A DNA stretch of 64,000 bases from a virus, in the IMG/VR virus record IMGVR_UViG_3300030101_001745, positions 37,547 through 101,546 of that record; one strand, written 5' to 3'. A model generated the notes under the pieces. It was not told the DNA's origin. It saw only the letters and a list, made by a program, of their open reading frames with translations, and made no database searches. Shown in pieces: positions 1-10,760 of the stretch. A program made the translations under genes and the position numbers. Position 1 is the first letter of the stretch. Each line of letters begins with the position of its first letter.

Positions 1-3000
1 GTAATCAGTTCTGCTGAGAGAACCAAACTGTCTGGTATCGAGGCTTCTGCTGATGTTACGGATGCTACGAATGTAGCGGCGGCAGGAGCATTGATGGATG
101 GTGACTTCACTTCTAATGGTTTCTTGAAGAGAACTGGTGCAGGTAGTTATTCAGTAGACACCAACACATACATCACCTCACTGGCAACTACAGGTCTAAC
201 TGATATTTCTCAACTAGAAACCAACTTGGCAAGTATTACTGATGACCATGCTGGACTTGTTACTGCTAAGGCAGTCAAGGCGTATGTGGATAGCATTCCC
301 GGTGGCGTGGGTGGAATGTCATTCATATTGGAAGATGGAGATGGCACGGAACTCACGGTTGCTAATGACAAGGAAATCAAGTTTGTACCATCCAGTCTTC
401 TAACGATAAACTGGACTGATGTTGATAATGGAACGGATGCTGACCCATACGACCTGACATTTACGGTAGATAATGACCTTGCGAACTATGATAACTCAAA
501 CAGTTCATTCTCAACTACAACTGCATTGACTAATGCAACTGCGGCTACTGCCATAACTGGAAAGGTTCTCACAAATCTAGGAACTGGAACTGGTGGAGCG
601 ATAGCGGCAACTGATACTATTCTAGCGGCCATGCAGAAACTAGAAACTAGAACTGCATTGAATGATGCTAAGGTAACTAACACCGATGTAAATGTAAACG
701 AAGCCAACTTAAGAACAAGGCTTGCAGATATCAGTAGCAATGTTACGATTGGTGATGCAACTGATGTAACTGTGACAACATCGGGAGCATTAGTAGTAAC
801 TGGTAACTTAACTGTTAATGGTACTACAACTACTGTTAATACCAACACTGTGAACATAGGCGACAACATAATTGTTCTCAATTCTGATGAGACTGGTACT
901 CCTTCACAGAATGCTGGAATAGAAGTGGAAAGGGGAACTGCTTCTAACAAAACCCTGACATGGGATGAAACTAATGATAAATGGACTGTTGGTTCTGAAA
1001 CATTCGTAGCGGGAGCATTCACAGGAGATTTGACTGGGGATGTTACTGGAGATGTTACAGGAAATGCAGATACTGCTACTACTCTCGCTACGGCTAGAAG
1101 CATAGCAGGACAGTCATTCAATGGTTCTGCTGACATCACAATAGCAACTACTGACCTATCTGATATTTCCGCATTAGATACTGACCTATCATCAGTAAGT
1201 GCTAACGATGATTCTCTTGCTACGGCTAAAGCCATCAAGACCTATGTAGATGCTCAAGTAGATACAGTAGATACGATTGCTGAATTGGCTGATGTTAATC
1301 AGAACAACCCTACTGCTGGACAGGTATTCATTAGAGATACTTCCTCGACACCAGCAAAATGGAAGAACGCACATCTAACAGCAGGAACGAATGTTTCAAT
1401 CACCAATGGTGATGGCTCGATTACAATAGCATCTACTGACACAACGTTCACCGCCGCATCTAACAATGGGCTTGTTCTAAGTGGTACTGCTTTCAGCATT
1501 GACGACCCTGTGAACACCAACATTACTCTGATGAGTTCTGGTTCAGATGGAAGCGCATCAAATCCTGCACAGAGAAATGCAAATACTGCTGACCAATTAC
1601 TAATCTGGGATGATAGCGCAGGTGAATGGGCTTACATAAATCTAGCACATCTGGCAGATTTTGCTGTAGATAATGGTGGAGCAGGTGGAATCAAGGCATT
1701 CAAGACAATCTCAGTTAGTGGTCAAGATGACATTGTTGCAGATGCTTCTGCTGATACTCTAACACTAACTGCGGGTTCAGGAATTACAATAGCCAATACT
1801 GCATCATCGGATACCATTGCTTTCTCAGTTGCAAGTGGGGATATCAGCAACGCAATGCTTGCGAATGACTCAGTAAGTTTCGGTGGTGTAAGTCTAGACT
1901 TAGGACAATCGGATGCAACCCCTGCGTTTGACTTGACAGATGCAACTAACTATCCAACTTCCTCATTGACTGGTACGATTACAAACGCACAACTTGCAGG
2001 TTCTATTGCTAATGCGAAACTAGCAAACTCTAGCATTACTGTAAGCGATGGTTCTAACTCAACGGCTACTGCTCTTGGTGGAACGATTACCTTTGCCGCA
2101 ACTGCAAATGAAACCACAGTAGCGGAGAGTAGTGGCACAGTTACAATAGGATTACCTGATGATGTAACAATTGCTAGTGACTTAACACTATCAGATGGTA
2201 AGGCAGAGATTACACAAAGCGATGGTTCAGCACATGGGTTGAAGGTTTACAGAAACGATGATTCTACCAGTACACCGTTGGTGTATTTCCATGATGACCA
2301 CGCATTCAACGACAGCCCTGTTCTTCATGTAAAAACAGATAGAACAGACGAACATGGAGATGCCGCTATCTTTGAAGGCAGAGTGGGAATGGGTACTACT
2401 GCTCCCGGTACGAACCTACACATCTCAGACGACACGACCTCCTTAGTTACTGGTCTACTAGTCGAAAATGTAGGTAGTGATGGAGACTCAGCAACAGTAG
2501 CAGGTATCGAGATAAAGAATGGTGCAGGTACAGATAGCAGTACGCACATCGAACAGGATGCATTTGGTCAAACAATGATGTATACTGGTCAAGGTGCTAA
2601 GAATCGTTTCTTGCTTGTTAGTGCTGATGCAAGCACTTTCACTGTTGATGGTGATTTGAAGGTAGGCGGAAACGACATCAAATCATCTTCCGGCGATACT
2701 GTAATGACTCTAAGTAATGATGATGTTACCTTTGCTTCTAGAGTTACTATTGGAGATTCATATCTAACAGATGACGGGTCTAACTTTCAACTCTATGGTA
2801 ATTCTGCATTCCAATTCTTTGCTCTTGGTCAATATGGCGCACACACATTCTACACCAAAGATGGCGTAAATGGTGGAAGCAACGTAAAGCAATTCAAGGT
2901 TGATTATAGAGGATTCTTAGAATTAGGAAACAATAGAGACAAGAGTATCTTTGTTGAAGCAACTGCCCATGATGCGGCAGGTAAAGACCTCACAATATCT

Positions 3001-6000
3001 GCCGGAGATACTACTGCCGGAACTACAGACAACATAGCGGGTGGAGACTTAATTCTTGAAAGTGGACAAGGTAAGGGAACTGGTGCAGGTGGAGACATAA
3101 TCTTCAAAGTCGCAAATGCAGGTAGTAGCGGAAGTTCATTGAACTCCCTAGCAACTGCGATGACAATCTCAGATGATACTACGATTTCAACTGCTTCTAA
3201 CTTTACAGTAGGTGGAAACCTAACCGTATCTGGAACTACCACGACTGTAAACTCAAACACAGTGAACATCGGAGATAGCATAATCACATTGAACTCTGAT
3301 GAAACAGGTACACCTTCGCAAGATGGTGGTATAGAGATTGAGAGAGGAACCTCCACAAACAAGTCATTCTTTTGGGATGAGAGCGAGGATGAATGGACAA
3401 TAGGTTCTGAGAACTTCAAAGCAGGTAGTCTTGAGGGTTCAGGTGCGGCAATAACTGCAATAAACGCAAGCAATATCTCAAGCGGAACTCTAGCCGCCGC
3501 AAGAGTTGCTACGTTAAATCAGAATACCACAGGTAGAGCAGGTGGATTAGATGCCGCTAATGACAGGGATTTGGCTCCCGAAGATTTGTCATATGCGAAT
3601 GACTTCAACGTATTCTTCACTTCTAAGGAAGGATTGGAAGATGGTTCTACTTCTGGTAGCAATTACCAAGATGCAATTGTATTGAATACATGGTCTGATG
3701 GAACAGGTGGAGATGCAAACCTACTAGCATTCGACAAGTCCGAGATGAAGATTTACCATTATCAAGCAGACCAAGCCGCTACAAATTGGGGTACTGCAAA
3801 AACAATCGCATACACTTCTGATATTACTGCGGCGGCAGGAGATGGAATCACTCTAGCGAATGGTGCGAATAACAGAATAGTAACTGCTACTGGTTCTGCG
3901 GCACTAACTGGTGAATCGAATCTCACCTACGATGGTTTCACTCTTCTCCTAGAATCACAAGCAACTTCTGGTGAAGCACCTATCTTTGAATTATACAAAA
4001 ACGATAGCGGCCCTGCTGTTGGAGAAGCGATGGGAACAATCAAGTTCTCTGGTGAAAATGACGCTGACCAGAAAGTGACTTATGCTGAGATTCAATCATT
4101 CATAGAAGATGAAACTGATGCTACTGAGAATGCCGCTTTGCAGTTCTTCGTGCAGGAGATGGGAACTCCAAGAGAGAATCTGAGACTTGCATCTAACCAA
4201 ATTACATTCAACAATTCTGAGAGAAACGTAGATGTGCTAATTAAATCAGACGATGGTTCGACAAACTTCTTCTCGGATGCGGGTAACAATCGTATTGGAA
4301 TAGGAACTACAAGCCCTTCTGATGCATTACACATCAGAGCCGCTAGTGACCACCCACTTGTGATTGAAAACACTACCAATGCCGGATTCGCAGGTATTCA
4401 ATTTAGTGACTCTAGTAATTCGTCTTATGCACAGAAGGGAGAGTTGAGATTTAATCACGCAGACTCACAATCGGATGGCTCTGGTGCTTCGTTCCACTTT
4501 ACATCTACTGAATCGTTAAATGTCATTATGCCAAAACTGTCAGTACATTCGACATTATCCGGTAATGATGCTACAACACTAACCGGACAAACTGCATTCA
4601 AGGTAGACTGTGATGATGGGTCAGGACAAGGTGGAGGGCCGGGTTTCCAAATTAGACTAGAAGCAACTAATGACCACAATGGCCCCAATTATCAGAAAAC
4701 CATCATGGGCGATGGTGGAGGTATGAGAGTTAAGAACATCTTTGGAAACTATGGATTCTCAGAATGGTGGTTAGGTGGGACTGCTGATGGTAATAAGCCG
4801 ATTATGTCTCTTGCGGCAGGTGGAAGCACAAGTGCAGGTGCGGCTCAAGATGGAATATTAACACTCTATTCAACTACTTCGGCTTGGGCAAACAATACAT
4901 ATTCACCAACCAATAACACGGCAAAGGTCGTATTAGACGCAGGTGGAAACTCTTACTTTACTGGTGGTAATGTCGGAATAGGAACAGCAAGCCCCACCGG
5001 AACACTAACTGTCACAAGTGCAGGACACGACATTATTCACTTAAACAGAACGGTGAACAATGTTGGTTATGGTGCAGGTATAATCGGAAGGCTAGGAAAC
5101 TCAGCATCCACAACTGCCGCACATGAGTACGCCGGAATCTTCTTGCAGATAGAGGACAACACAGATGGTGCGGAAAAGGGTAGCATAGCATTCAACACAT
5201 CAAGTGGTGGAACTGCGGCAGACTCAGGTAGCACTCATGCTATGCAGATTACATCTGCGGGTAATGTAGGAATAGGCACTACGAGTCCTTCAACACCATT
5301 AGCCACTAACGCAAAAGGATTGGTTGTTGCTGGTACGGGCGGTCAATCGGGTTCCGCACAGGATGGTAGTGAAAGAATCCCAACAATTGTTCTCTACGAT
5401 ACTGTGACAGACTACGGTAGCAACACGGCAACAGTAGGAGAAGCAAGAGGTTCTATCGAGTTCTATTCCTCAGAAACATCGAACAATTATCCGGGGATTG
5501 CTGCTTCTATCAAGGCAATCAACGAAAGCACATACAATAATGCTATGGGTCTTGGTCTGTTTACAAGTAATAACCTAGCAACTGCCACTGAGAAGGTAAG
5601 AATAGACGCTGATGGTAATGTCGGAATAGGCACTACGAATCCTGCTTTCCCATTAGAAGTTGATGGATTCATTTCAACAGCCAGTGGGATTGTCCACATG
5701 GGCGATACTAACAACACCATTTCGTTTGGTACTGACATTCAAAATTTCAATACCGCCGGAACAACGAGGATGAAGATTGATAGCGATGGTGACATAGGAA
5801 TAGGCACTACGACTATAAATGCTAAACTGCATATTCGTGATGAGAATGATGGTAATGACCAATTCTCCGGTATTCGTTTCTTCCCCGCAGATTCAGAGAC
5901 AAGTGCTACTGATAATGACTTCTATCATAATATCACAGGTTTCAGAAAGGGAGGATTGATGCTAAGTGGTGGACAAACCGGAAACTACACTAGAACATAC

Positions 6001-6492
6001 GCAACTCTCAACAATGATGGTTTCAAGGTATTCACGAATGCAGGTGATAACACCGCAGTCAATATGTCTACACAACAAAGACTGTTGATTCCAACGGGTG
6101 GAGGTTCTGCTACACTTTCTGTTGGTCTAGATGTAAGCGGTGCGTTGACGGCTACTACGAAGTCTTTCGATATAGAACACCCAACCAAAGAAGGAAAGAG
6201 ATTGCATCACGGTTCTCTGGAAGGGCCGGAACACGGTGTCTACATCAGAGGTAGATTAGAGGGAGATGTAATCGAACTACCTGACTACTGGCTAGGTCTA
6301 GTTGATGAAGATACAATCACAGTTCAACTAACTCCCAACAAGGGCTTCCAGCAGATTTACGTTGACCATATAGAGGACAACAAGGTATATGTGGGAACAC
6401 AAACAGATACAGCAATAGACTGCTTCTACTTCATACAAGCAGAGAGAAAGGACATTGACAAGGTGGAGGTAGAATATGACGCTGTGGTTTGA
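1..6492 (+). CDS. Very large tail fibre/adhesin (5'-truncated; frame is open from position 1)
   Basis: Thr/Gly/Ser/Asp-rich beta-repeat protein with repeated GNVGIGT motifs and a duplicated 'GNLTVxGTTTTVN...GIEVERG' module. The C-terminal 'TKSFDIEHP...LxHGSLEGPE...LPDYW' domain is typical of marine phage fibre C-termini. No stop upstream of 91 in frame 1. Confidence 0.85.
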   Translation, partial: VISSAERTKLSGIEASADVTDATNVAAAGALMDGDFTSNGFLKRTGAGSYSVDTNTYITSLATTGLTDISQLETNLASITDDHAGLVTAKAVKAYVDSIPGGVGGMSFILEDGDGTELTVANDKEIKFVPSSLLTINWTDVDNGTDADPYDLTFTVDNDLANYDNSNSSFSTTTALTNATAATAITGKVLTNLGTGTGGAIAATDTILAAMQKLETRTALNDAKVTNTDVNVNEANLRTRLADISSNVTIGDATDVTVTTSGALVVTGNLTVNGTTTTVNTNTVNIGDNIIVLNSDETGTPSQNAGIEVERGTASNKTLTWDETNDKWTVGSETFVAGAFTGDLTGDVTGDVTGNADTATTLATARSIAGQSFNGSADITIATTDLSDISALDTDLSSVSANDDSLATAKAIKTYVDAQVDTVDTIAELADVNQNNPTAGQVFIRDTSSTPAKWKNAHLTAGTNVSITNGDGSITIASTDTTFTAASNNGLVLSGTAFSIDDPVNTNITLMSSGSDGSASNPAQRNANTADQLLIWDDSAGEWAYINLAHLADFAVDNGGAGGIKAFKTISVSGQDDIVADASADTLTLTAGSGITIANTASSDTIAFSVASGDISNAMLANDSVSFGGVSLDLGQSDATPAFDLTDATNYPTSSLTGTITNAQLAGSIANAKLANSSITVSDGSNSTATALGGTITFAATANETTVAESSGTVTIGLPDDVTIASDLTLSDGKAEITQSDGSAHGLKVYRNDDSTSTPLVYFHDDHAFNDSPVLHVKTDRTDEHGDAAIFEGRVGMGTTAPGTNLHISDDTTSLVTGLLVENVGSDGDSATVAGIEIKNGAGTDSSTHIEQDAFGQTMMYTGQGAKNRFLLVSADASTFTVDGDLKVGGNDIKSSSGDTVMTLSNDDVTFASRVTIGDSYLTDDGSNFQLYGNSAFQFFALGQYGAHTFYTKDGVNGGSNVKQFKVDYRGFLELGNNRDKSIFVEATAHDAAGKDLTISAGDTTAGTTDNIAGGDLILESGQGKGTGAGGDIIFKVANAGSSGSSLNSLATAMTISDDTTISTASNFTVGGNLTVSGTTTTVNSNTVNIGDSIITLNSDETGTPSQDGGIEIERGTSTNKSFFWDESEDEWTIGSENFKAGSLEGSGAAITAINASNISSGTLAAARVATLNQNTTGRAGGLDAANDRDLAPEDLSYANDFNVFFTSKEGLEDGSTSGSNYQDAIVLNTWSDGTGGDANLLAFDKSEMKIYHYQADQAATNWGTAKTIAYTSDITAAAGDGITLANGANNRIVTATGSAALTGESNLTYDGFTLLLESQATSGEAPIFELYKNDSGPAVGEAMGTIKFSGENDADQKVTYAEIQSFIEDETDATENAALQFFVQEMGTPRENLRLASNQITFNNSERNVDVLIKSDDGSTNFFSDAGNNRIGIGTTSPSDALHIRAASDHPLVIENTTNAGFAGIQFSDSSNSSYAQKGELRFNHADSQSDGSGASFHFTSTESLNVIMPKLSVHSTLSGNDATTLTGQTAFKVDCDDGSGQGGGPGFQIRLEATNDHNGPNYQKTIMGDGGGMRVKNIFGNYGFSEWWLGGTADGNKPIMSLAAGGSTSAGAAQDGILTLYSTTSAWANNTYSPTNNTAKVVLDAGGNSYFTGGNVGIGTASPTGTLTVTSAGHDIIHLNRTVNNVGYGAGIIGRLGNSASTTAAHEYAGIFLQIEDNTDGAEKGSIAFNTSSGGTAADSGSTHAMQITSAGNVGIGTTSPSTPLATNAKGLVVAGTGGQSGSAQDGSERIPTIVLYDTVTDYGSNTATVGEARGSIEFYSSETSNNYPGIAASIKAINESTYNNAMGLGLFTSNNLATATEKVRIDADGNVGIGTTNPAFPLEVDGFISTASGIVHMGDTNNTISFGTDIQNFNTAGTTRMKIDSDGDIGIGTTTINAKLHIRDENDGNDQFSGIRFFPADSETSATDNDFYHNITGFRKGGLMLSGGQTGNYTRTYATLNNDGFKVFTNAGDNTAVNMSTQQRLLIPTGGGSATLSVGLDVSGALTATTKSFDIEHPTKEGKRLHHGSLEGPEHGVYIRGRLEGDVIELPDYWLGLVDEDTITVQLTPNKGFQQIYVDHIEDNKVYVGTQTDTAIDCFYFIQAERKDIDKVEVEYDAVV

Positions 6493-6922
6493 GGAACTCA
6501 AAAAGGAGAAGGATGCTTGCTACCGTAAGGTAAGAAGCAGATACAAGAAGTGGCCTTCTGCTTATGCTTCTGGTGCATTGGTTCAATGTAGAAAGAAGGG
6601 TGCGGCTAATTGGGGTAACTCAAAAAAGAAAAAGAAAGTAAAGAAGGCAGAAGGTTGCGGTTGTGCAGAATGCGAAGAAAAGAAATCTGATGGTCTTTGG
6701 AAAGATTGGGTAAGTTGTGCATCTTGTACTGATGACAAAGAAGGAACGGAGCCGTGTGGTAGAAAGGATGCATCGAAAGGAACAAAAAGAAGATGTAGAC
6801 CAACCTGCTCTGCTTGTGAAGATTACAAGAGAAGAGGCGGAAAACCTAAGAAAAGAAAGTCTGGTACGTTTAGCAGAGAAGAAGACAAGGGACTTCGTGG
6901 TTGGTTTGAAAGGAGAGGTTAA
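6476..6922 (+). CDS. Small basic Cys-rich protein, putative internal head protein
   Basis: Lys/Arg-rich with 'WPSAYASGALVQCR', 'PCGR' and 'CRP' motifs that I recall from marine phage small proteins; N-terminal W-motif MTLWFEELKK. Confidence 0.6.
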   Translation: MTLWFEELKKEKDACYRKVRSRYKKWPSAYASGALVQCRKKGAANWGNSKKKKKVKKAEGCGCAECEEKKSDGLWKDWVSCASCTDDKEGTEPCGRKDASKGTKRRCRPTCSACEDYKRRGGKPKKRKSGTFSREEDKGLRGWFERRG

Positions 6923-6923
6923 G

Positions 6924-7214
6924 ATGACTTGGGAAAAAGTAGTAAAGAAAAAATGCGGGTGTGGGCAAGACCCATGTAAAACATATGGTAGTGTAAAGAA
7001 ATACGACATAGAGAAAGGAAAGGGAGAAAGACATTTCTACATGGAAAACGGTAAACCGAAACAATACATTGGGCCTACACACAAACACCCAGATGGAACG
7101 CTAATGTCTGGTGAGAAACACGTAGAAGGTGAAAGTAAAGTTCTACAACACTTCTACGAATTAAGCGAAGATGCTTTGAGACATCTAAGTAAGGATACTA
7201 CGGAGATAAAGTGA
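6924..7214 (+). CDS. Small His-rich hypothetical protein, putative virion protein
   Basis: Start reassigned to ATG 6924 after GGAGAGG; begins MTWEKVVKK; contains 'THKHPDGTLMSGEKH'. Confidence 0.6.
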   Translation: MTWEKVVKKKCGCGQDPCKTYGSVKKYDIEKGKGERHFYMENGKPKQYIGPTHKHPDGTLMSGEKHVEGESKVLQHFYELSEDALRHLSKDTTEIK

Positions 7215-7215
7215 A

Positions 7216-7485
7216 ATGGAAATTTGGTTTGACGCAATGTGCAAATCTGGTAGGTGTACCAGAAGCACGAAGAAAACGTCATCCACGGCTAAAGGAAAGA
7301 AGTGGATGAAGTGTGTCAGGAAACCCGGTGGAGGATACAAGAGAGTACATTGGGGTCAAAGGGGAGTAACGGTTTCTGGTAAGAGAAAGGGAAAGAGAAG
7401 AAAGTCTTTCAGAGCAAGACACAAATGTTCTACTTGTAAAGGAGGAAACAATTCCCCGCGATGTATGGCTTGTAGAGATTGGTGA
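7216..7485 (+). CDS. Small basic protein, putative nucleic-acid-binding head protein
   Basis: 'VHWGQRG...RRKSFRARHKC...ACRDW' motif resembling small proteins of T4-like cyanophages and giant viruses (from recall); N-terminal MEIWFDAMCK. Confidence 0.6.
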   Translation: MEIWFDAMCKSGRCTRSTKKTSSTAKGKKWMKCVRKPGGGYKRVHWGQRGVTVSGKRKGKRRKSFRARHKCSTCKGGNNSPRCMACRDW

Positions 7486-8261
7486 TTGCTGTGGGATTCT
7501 ATAGTGGGCCAGTCATAGTTACTGATAGTCTCATCTTTAACTTCGATGCAGGTAATGACAAATGCACAGATGCAGATGATGACCTTACTAGCATGAGGGA
7601 TATAGGTTCAGTAGACCATTCTTCTAGAACAGATAGAGCAATGCATGGTGATGGTATAACTGCGAATATATCATTTCCAACCAACACAGGTGCAGTCAAG
7701 GCAATCAATACAGGAGTCACATTTCGTAGAAGTGATGGCGACTCTGCTGACCCTTCTAACTTTGAAAACAGAATAGATTTGGATGATGATATTCTATTTG
7801 CAGACCAAGATGCTTGGTCTTTTGAGTTTTGGGCGAAGCCCGATTCCGATTCAGAACATACGTTTCTGAGTCTAGCAGGTAGGGGAGCAACAAGTCCGTG
7901 GTTTATTTGGCAACATGGTAGTACCACATTCTATCCTCGCTATCGAGATAACAACGGAAACTACTACAGAGATAGTTCTAACACAAATTGTGCTGACCCC
8001 GATGACTGGCATCAAGTTGTATTTACTGCTGATACTAGCAGGAACATATCCTTCTACAAGGATGGTGAATTGTTAGGTGGCTCTGTTCAAGCCGCAGATA
8101 CTCAAACTCAGATAAACAGACTCATGGCAGGTTATTCATCTGGAACTTCTAGATATGGATTTCAAGGTAGTATGCTTTGCACTAGGATATACGCTAAGAC
8201 ACTATCAGCCGCAGAAGTATTGCAGAACTTCAATGCAACGAGAAGGAGAGTGGGAATATGA
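7479..8261 (+). CDS. LamG/concanavalin A-like tail protein
   Basis: 'LIFNFDAGN', 'WSFEFWAKP', 'WHQVVFT', 'FYKDG', 'RIYAKTLSAAEVLQNFNA' form a LamG signature. Confidence 0.8.
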   Translation: MVIAVGFYSGPVIVTDSLIFNFDAGNDKCTDADDDLTSMRDIGSVDHSSRTDRAMHGDGITANISFPTNTGAVKAINTGVTFRRSDGDSADPSNFENRIDLDDDILFADQDAWSFEFWAKPDSDSEHTFLSLAGRGATSPWFIWQHGSTTFYPRYRDNNGNYYRDSSNTNCADPDDWHQVVFTADTSRNISFYKDGELLGGSVQAADTQTQINRLMAGYSSGTSRYGFQGSMLCTRIYAKTLSAAEVLQNFNATRRRVGI

Positions 8262-8476
8262 AATACAGAATAAACGGAGTAGATTATACTGAAAGACAAT
8301 TGGAAAATATACTCGGCGGTGCTGTTGCTAAGTATTGTGATGAAGAGGGAAACCCAATCGTGGAACTACAAGATGCCGCATTACTAGCATTAGAGCAAGG
8401 TAGCAGTTTTACCCCATTGACATTTGAAGAGGCTATGATTCAGTCTAGGTTATTGCATAAGGAGGAAGAGGAATAA
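8258..8476 (+). CDS. Hypothetical protein
   Basis: 72 aa, ATGA overlap with the upstream gene and coupled to the next gene. Confidence 0.6.
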   Translation: MKYRINGVDYTERQLENILGGAVAKYCDEEGNPIVELQDAALLALEQGSSFTPLTFEEAMIQSRLLHKEEEE

Positions 8477-9213
8477 TGGGTGTAGCAGGTGGGCCTAGAA
8501 TACCACAAAGCGGTATGCAATTGAATCTCGATGCTTCCAATAGCAAGAGTTCTCCCGGTAGTGGTACAACGTGGTTCGATGTAAGTGGAAATGGCAGAGA
8601 CTTCACTTGGTCATCTGCACCCACATATAACACAAGACCTGTTGTCGGTGGTTATCAACAACCGGATTCGATTGATGCGGCTATGGCTAGTGGCCCCGCC
8701 GCGAATAGTTTTGGTATTGACTCATCAAGTGGTGCTTCTTTTATCTTCTATTGCACTAATGATTCGCTAACGAGTAAAGGTGCATTCAAACTTCCTATGG
8801 GTTCAGGATTAAGCGGCGGAGCATCAAGAGGATATTCAATACATTTACCGTGGGGTAATGGCTACATCTATTTTGACACAAATGGCTCTACATCTACTAG
8901 TAGCGGGGGAGGTAGAGTGAACACCAGTAGCAATATAGGTAGTCATATCAATTTCTTTTGGGTTCATGCTTTTACCAAATCAGCCGATGGTGCTACCATG
9001 AAAATATACAGAGATGGTGAGGTAGTAGCATCTAGGACAAATGCAGGTGCTTGTCCAACATTGAATTCAGACGCATTCACTGTAGGTGGTACTGACGAAT
9101 ACACAAGTGGTTGGGATGCCAAGATGGGTGCTTTCCTATGCTACAACAGGGAACTTAGTGCAGATGAGGTAAAGCAAATAACTGCCGCATTGCGTGGAAG
9201 GGATGGTGCTTAG
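8476..9213 (+). CDS. LamG/concanavalin A-like tail protein
   Basis: 'LNLDASN...SGTTWFDVSGNG' and 'KIYRDG...YNRELSADEV' LamG signature. Confidence 0.8.
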   Translation: MGVAGGPRIPQSGMQLNLDASNSKSSPGSGTTWFDVSGNGRDFTWSSAPTYNTRPVVGGYQQPDSIDAAMASGPAANSFGIDSSSGASFIFYCTNDSLTSKGAFKLPMGSGLSGGASRGYSIHLPWGNGYIYFDTNGSTSTSSGGGRVNTSSNIGSHINFFWVHAFTKSADGATMKIYRDGEVVASRTNAGACPTLNSDAFTVGGTDEYTSGWDAKMGAFLCYNRELSADEVKQITAALRGRDGA

Positions 9214-10752
9214 ATGGCGGATAGCGATAAGGACATCCTGATTACTCCGAATGTGAGTCAAACTTCCCAACCAGAAATCAAACTGGTAGGTAAAGACAAC
9301 TCCCCAATGTACCTCAAGGTATTGGATGATAACACCCTATCATTTGAAGGAACAGAGGGACAGGTTTTCTCAATCGGGCCTACAATGTCAAGTGGAGATA
9401 TATTCAACGTGAGTGATATCTCTGGTGTGCAGAATATGGCCGTCAATGCCGATGGTTCAATCAAGATTATCCCAACCGGAACAAACCCATCTAGTAATTT
9501 GTATGTAGGAGATTTGAGACATTGCTTCGTCTACGCTAGAGGAACAGGAAACAACAATGCGGCAAACTCTCTGATTTACGTTAATGGTAAGAAGATAGTA
9601 GATAGTGCTACTAGAGGTATGTATCTAACAATAATCAACCAAGTTGATTTGAGTGTTGTATCTTCTACTAACTATGATACATTTTCTAATCAAACCAACA
9701 ACGACAATCTTGCTACTGCCATAGGAAATATGACAGACCAACAGATAGGAATTCTAGTCTCAGAGGATGCTTGGGAAACTAGCAATACTACTAATTCTGC
9801 GAATCTAGTGGCCGCGGCTAAGTTAGTTGGGCTTACAAAACTAGGCAACATAGGAAACGCAAATGCATCCAATAGAAGACCCTACGCGGCTATCTTCATG
9901 GGTTCGGGAGATGATGCGAATGCCGCTAACAAATTCGTAATTGAGAGAATGTCTGATGCTGATGCTGATGCTCCTATGGCTTCGATATCTGCTGTTCTAG
10001 TCTCGGATGGAACTCATGCTTCTATCATGGGTTCTAACAATGTAAATGCGATTTGGGGTGCAGATTCAAACCATGAGGAACCTGCTCTCATCGCAGACGA
10101 GGACAACAACATAGACATTCTAGGTGGTAGTGGTGGAAATGGACAGGTAAACATCAGTAGAACAAGTGGTGCAACTGTCTTCCTACAAGCACAATCCGCA
10201 ACAGGAATAGTGGGAACCTCAAGCAATCATACTCTAGCCCTTACTACAAATGGTTCTCAGAGACTCAAGATAAACAATGTCGGGGGAATCGAAGCAGTAT
10301 CCAACGCGAACGGTTGGAATCTTTGGCATAAGGTGACTTGGGGCAAGAATGACTATGGAACTTCCAATGGGGATGGTCATGGCCTCAAAAGAATGACATT
10401 CGATGATGACGAGGCAGGTTCGCCAGTCTATTCCGTACCTAGAGATATTACGATAAGAGCAGTTGTCATTAGAACCAACGGTGTTGTTCTTTCCGGTACT
10501 ACTGCTCAAGTGGTGAGAATATTCGCAAATGGAAATGCAGGGACAGGAACCCTACTCGATGTTTCCTATAACGCCAGCCAATTCACAAGACACAACTCTG
10601 AGAACTCCAACGCAACTCATCATTCACTAGTGACCACAGGACTCAGTACCTCCTACAATGCAGGTGATACATTAGCGGTAAGAAGAAATTCGGGTGCAGT
10701 TGATATGGGTGATTACATAGTGGATGTTTGGTTTAGTATTGATAATGCTTAG
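9214..10752 (+). CDS. Tail fibre/receptor-binding protein with ILEI/PANDER-like (GG-type lectin) domain
   Basis: 'RGMYLTII...YDTF...LATAI...IGILVSEDAW...RRPYAAI' resembles the ILEI fold; followed by a beta-repeat fibre segment. Confidence 0.6.
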   Translation: MADSDKDILITPNVSQTSQPEIKLVGKDNSPMYLKVLDDNTLSFEGTEGQVFSIGPTMSSGDIFNVSDISGVQNMAVNADGSIKIIPTGTNPSSNLYVGDLRHCFVYARGTGNNNAANSLIYVNGKKIVDSATRGMYLTIINQVDLSVVSSTNYDTFSNQTNNDNLATAIGNMTDQQIGILVSEDAWETSNTTNSANLVAAAKLVGLTKLGNIGNANASNRRPYAAIFMGSGDDANAANKFVIERMSDADADAPMASISAVLVSDGTHASIMGSNNVNAIWGADSNHEEPALIADEDNNIDILGGSGGNGQVNISRTSGATVFLQAQSATGIVGTSSNHTLALTTNGSQRLKINNVGGIEAVSNANGWNLWHKVTWGKNDYGTSNGDGHGLKRMTFDDDEAGSPVYSVPRDITIRAVVIRTNGVVLSGTTAQVVRIFANGNAGTGTLLDVSYNASQFTRHNSENSNATHHSLVTTGLSTSYNAGDTLAVRRNSGAVDMGDYIVDVWFSIDNA

Positions 10753-10760
10753 GTGATTGT

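Noticed and set aside
486-6188. Long antisense ORFs opposite the tail fibre and other genes
   Set aside because: Shadow frames caused by codon bias; no motifs or SD sites.
1-10752. Diversity-generating retroelement target
   Set aside because: No reverse transcriptase and no adenine-specific TR/VR repeat pair seen.
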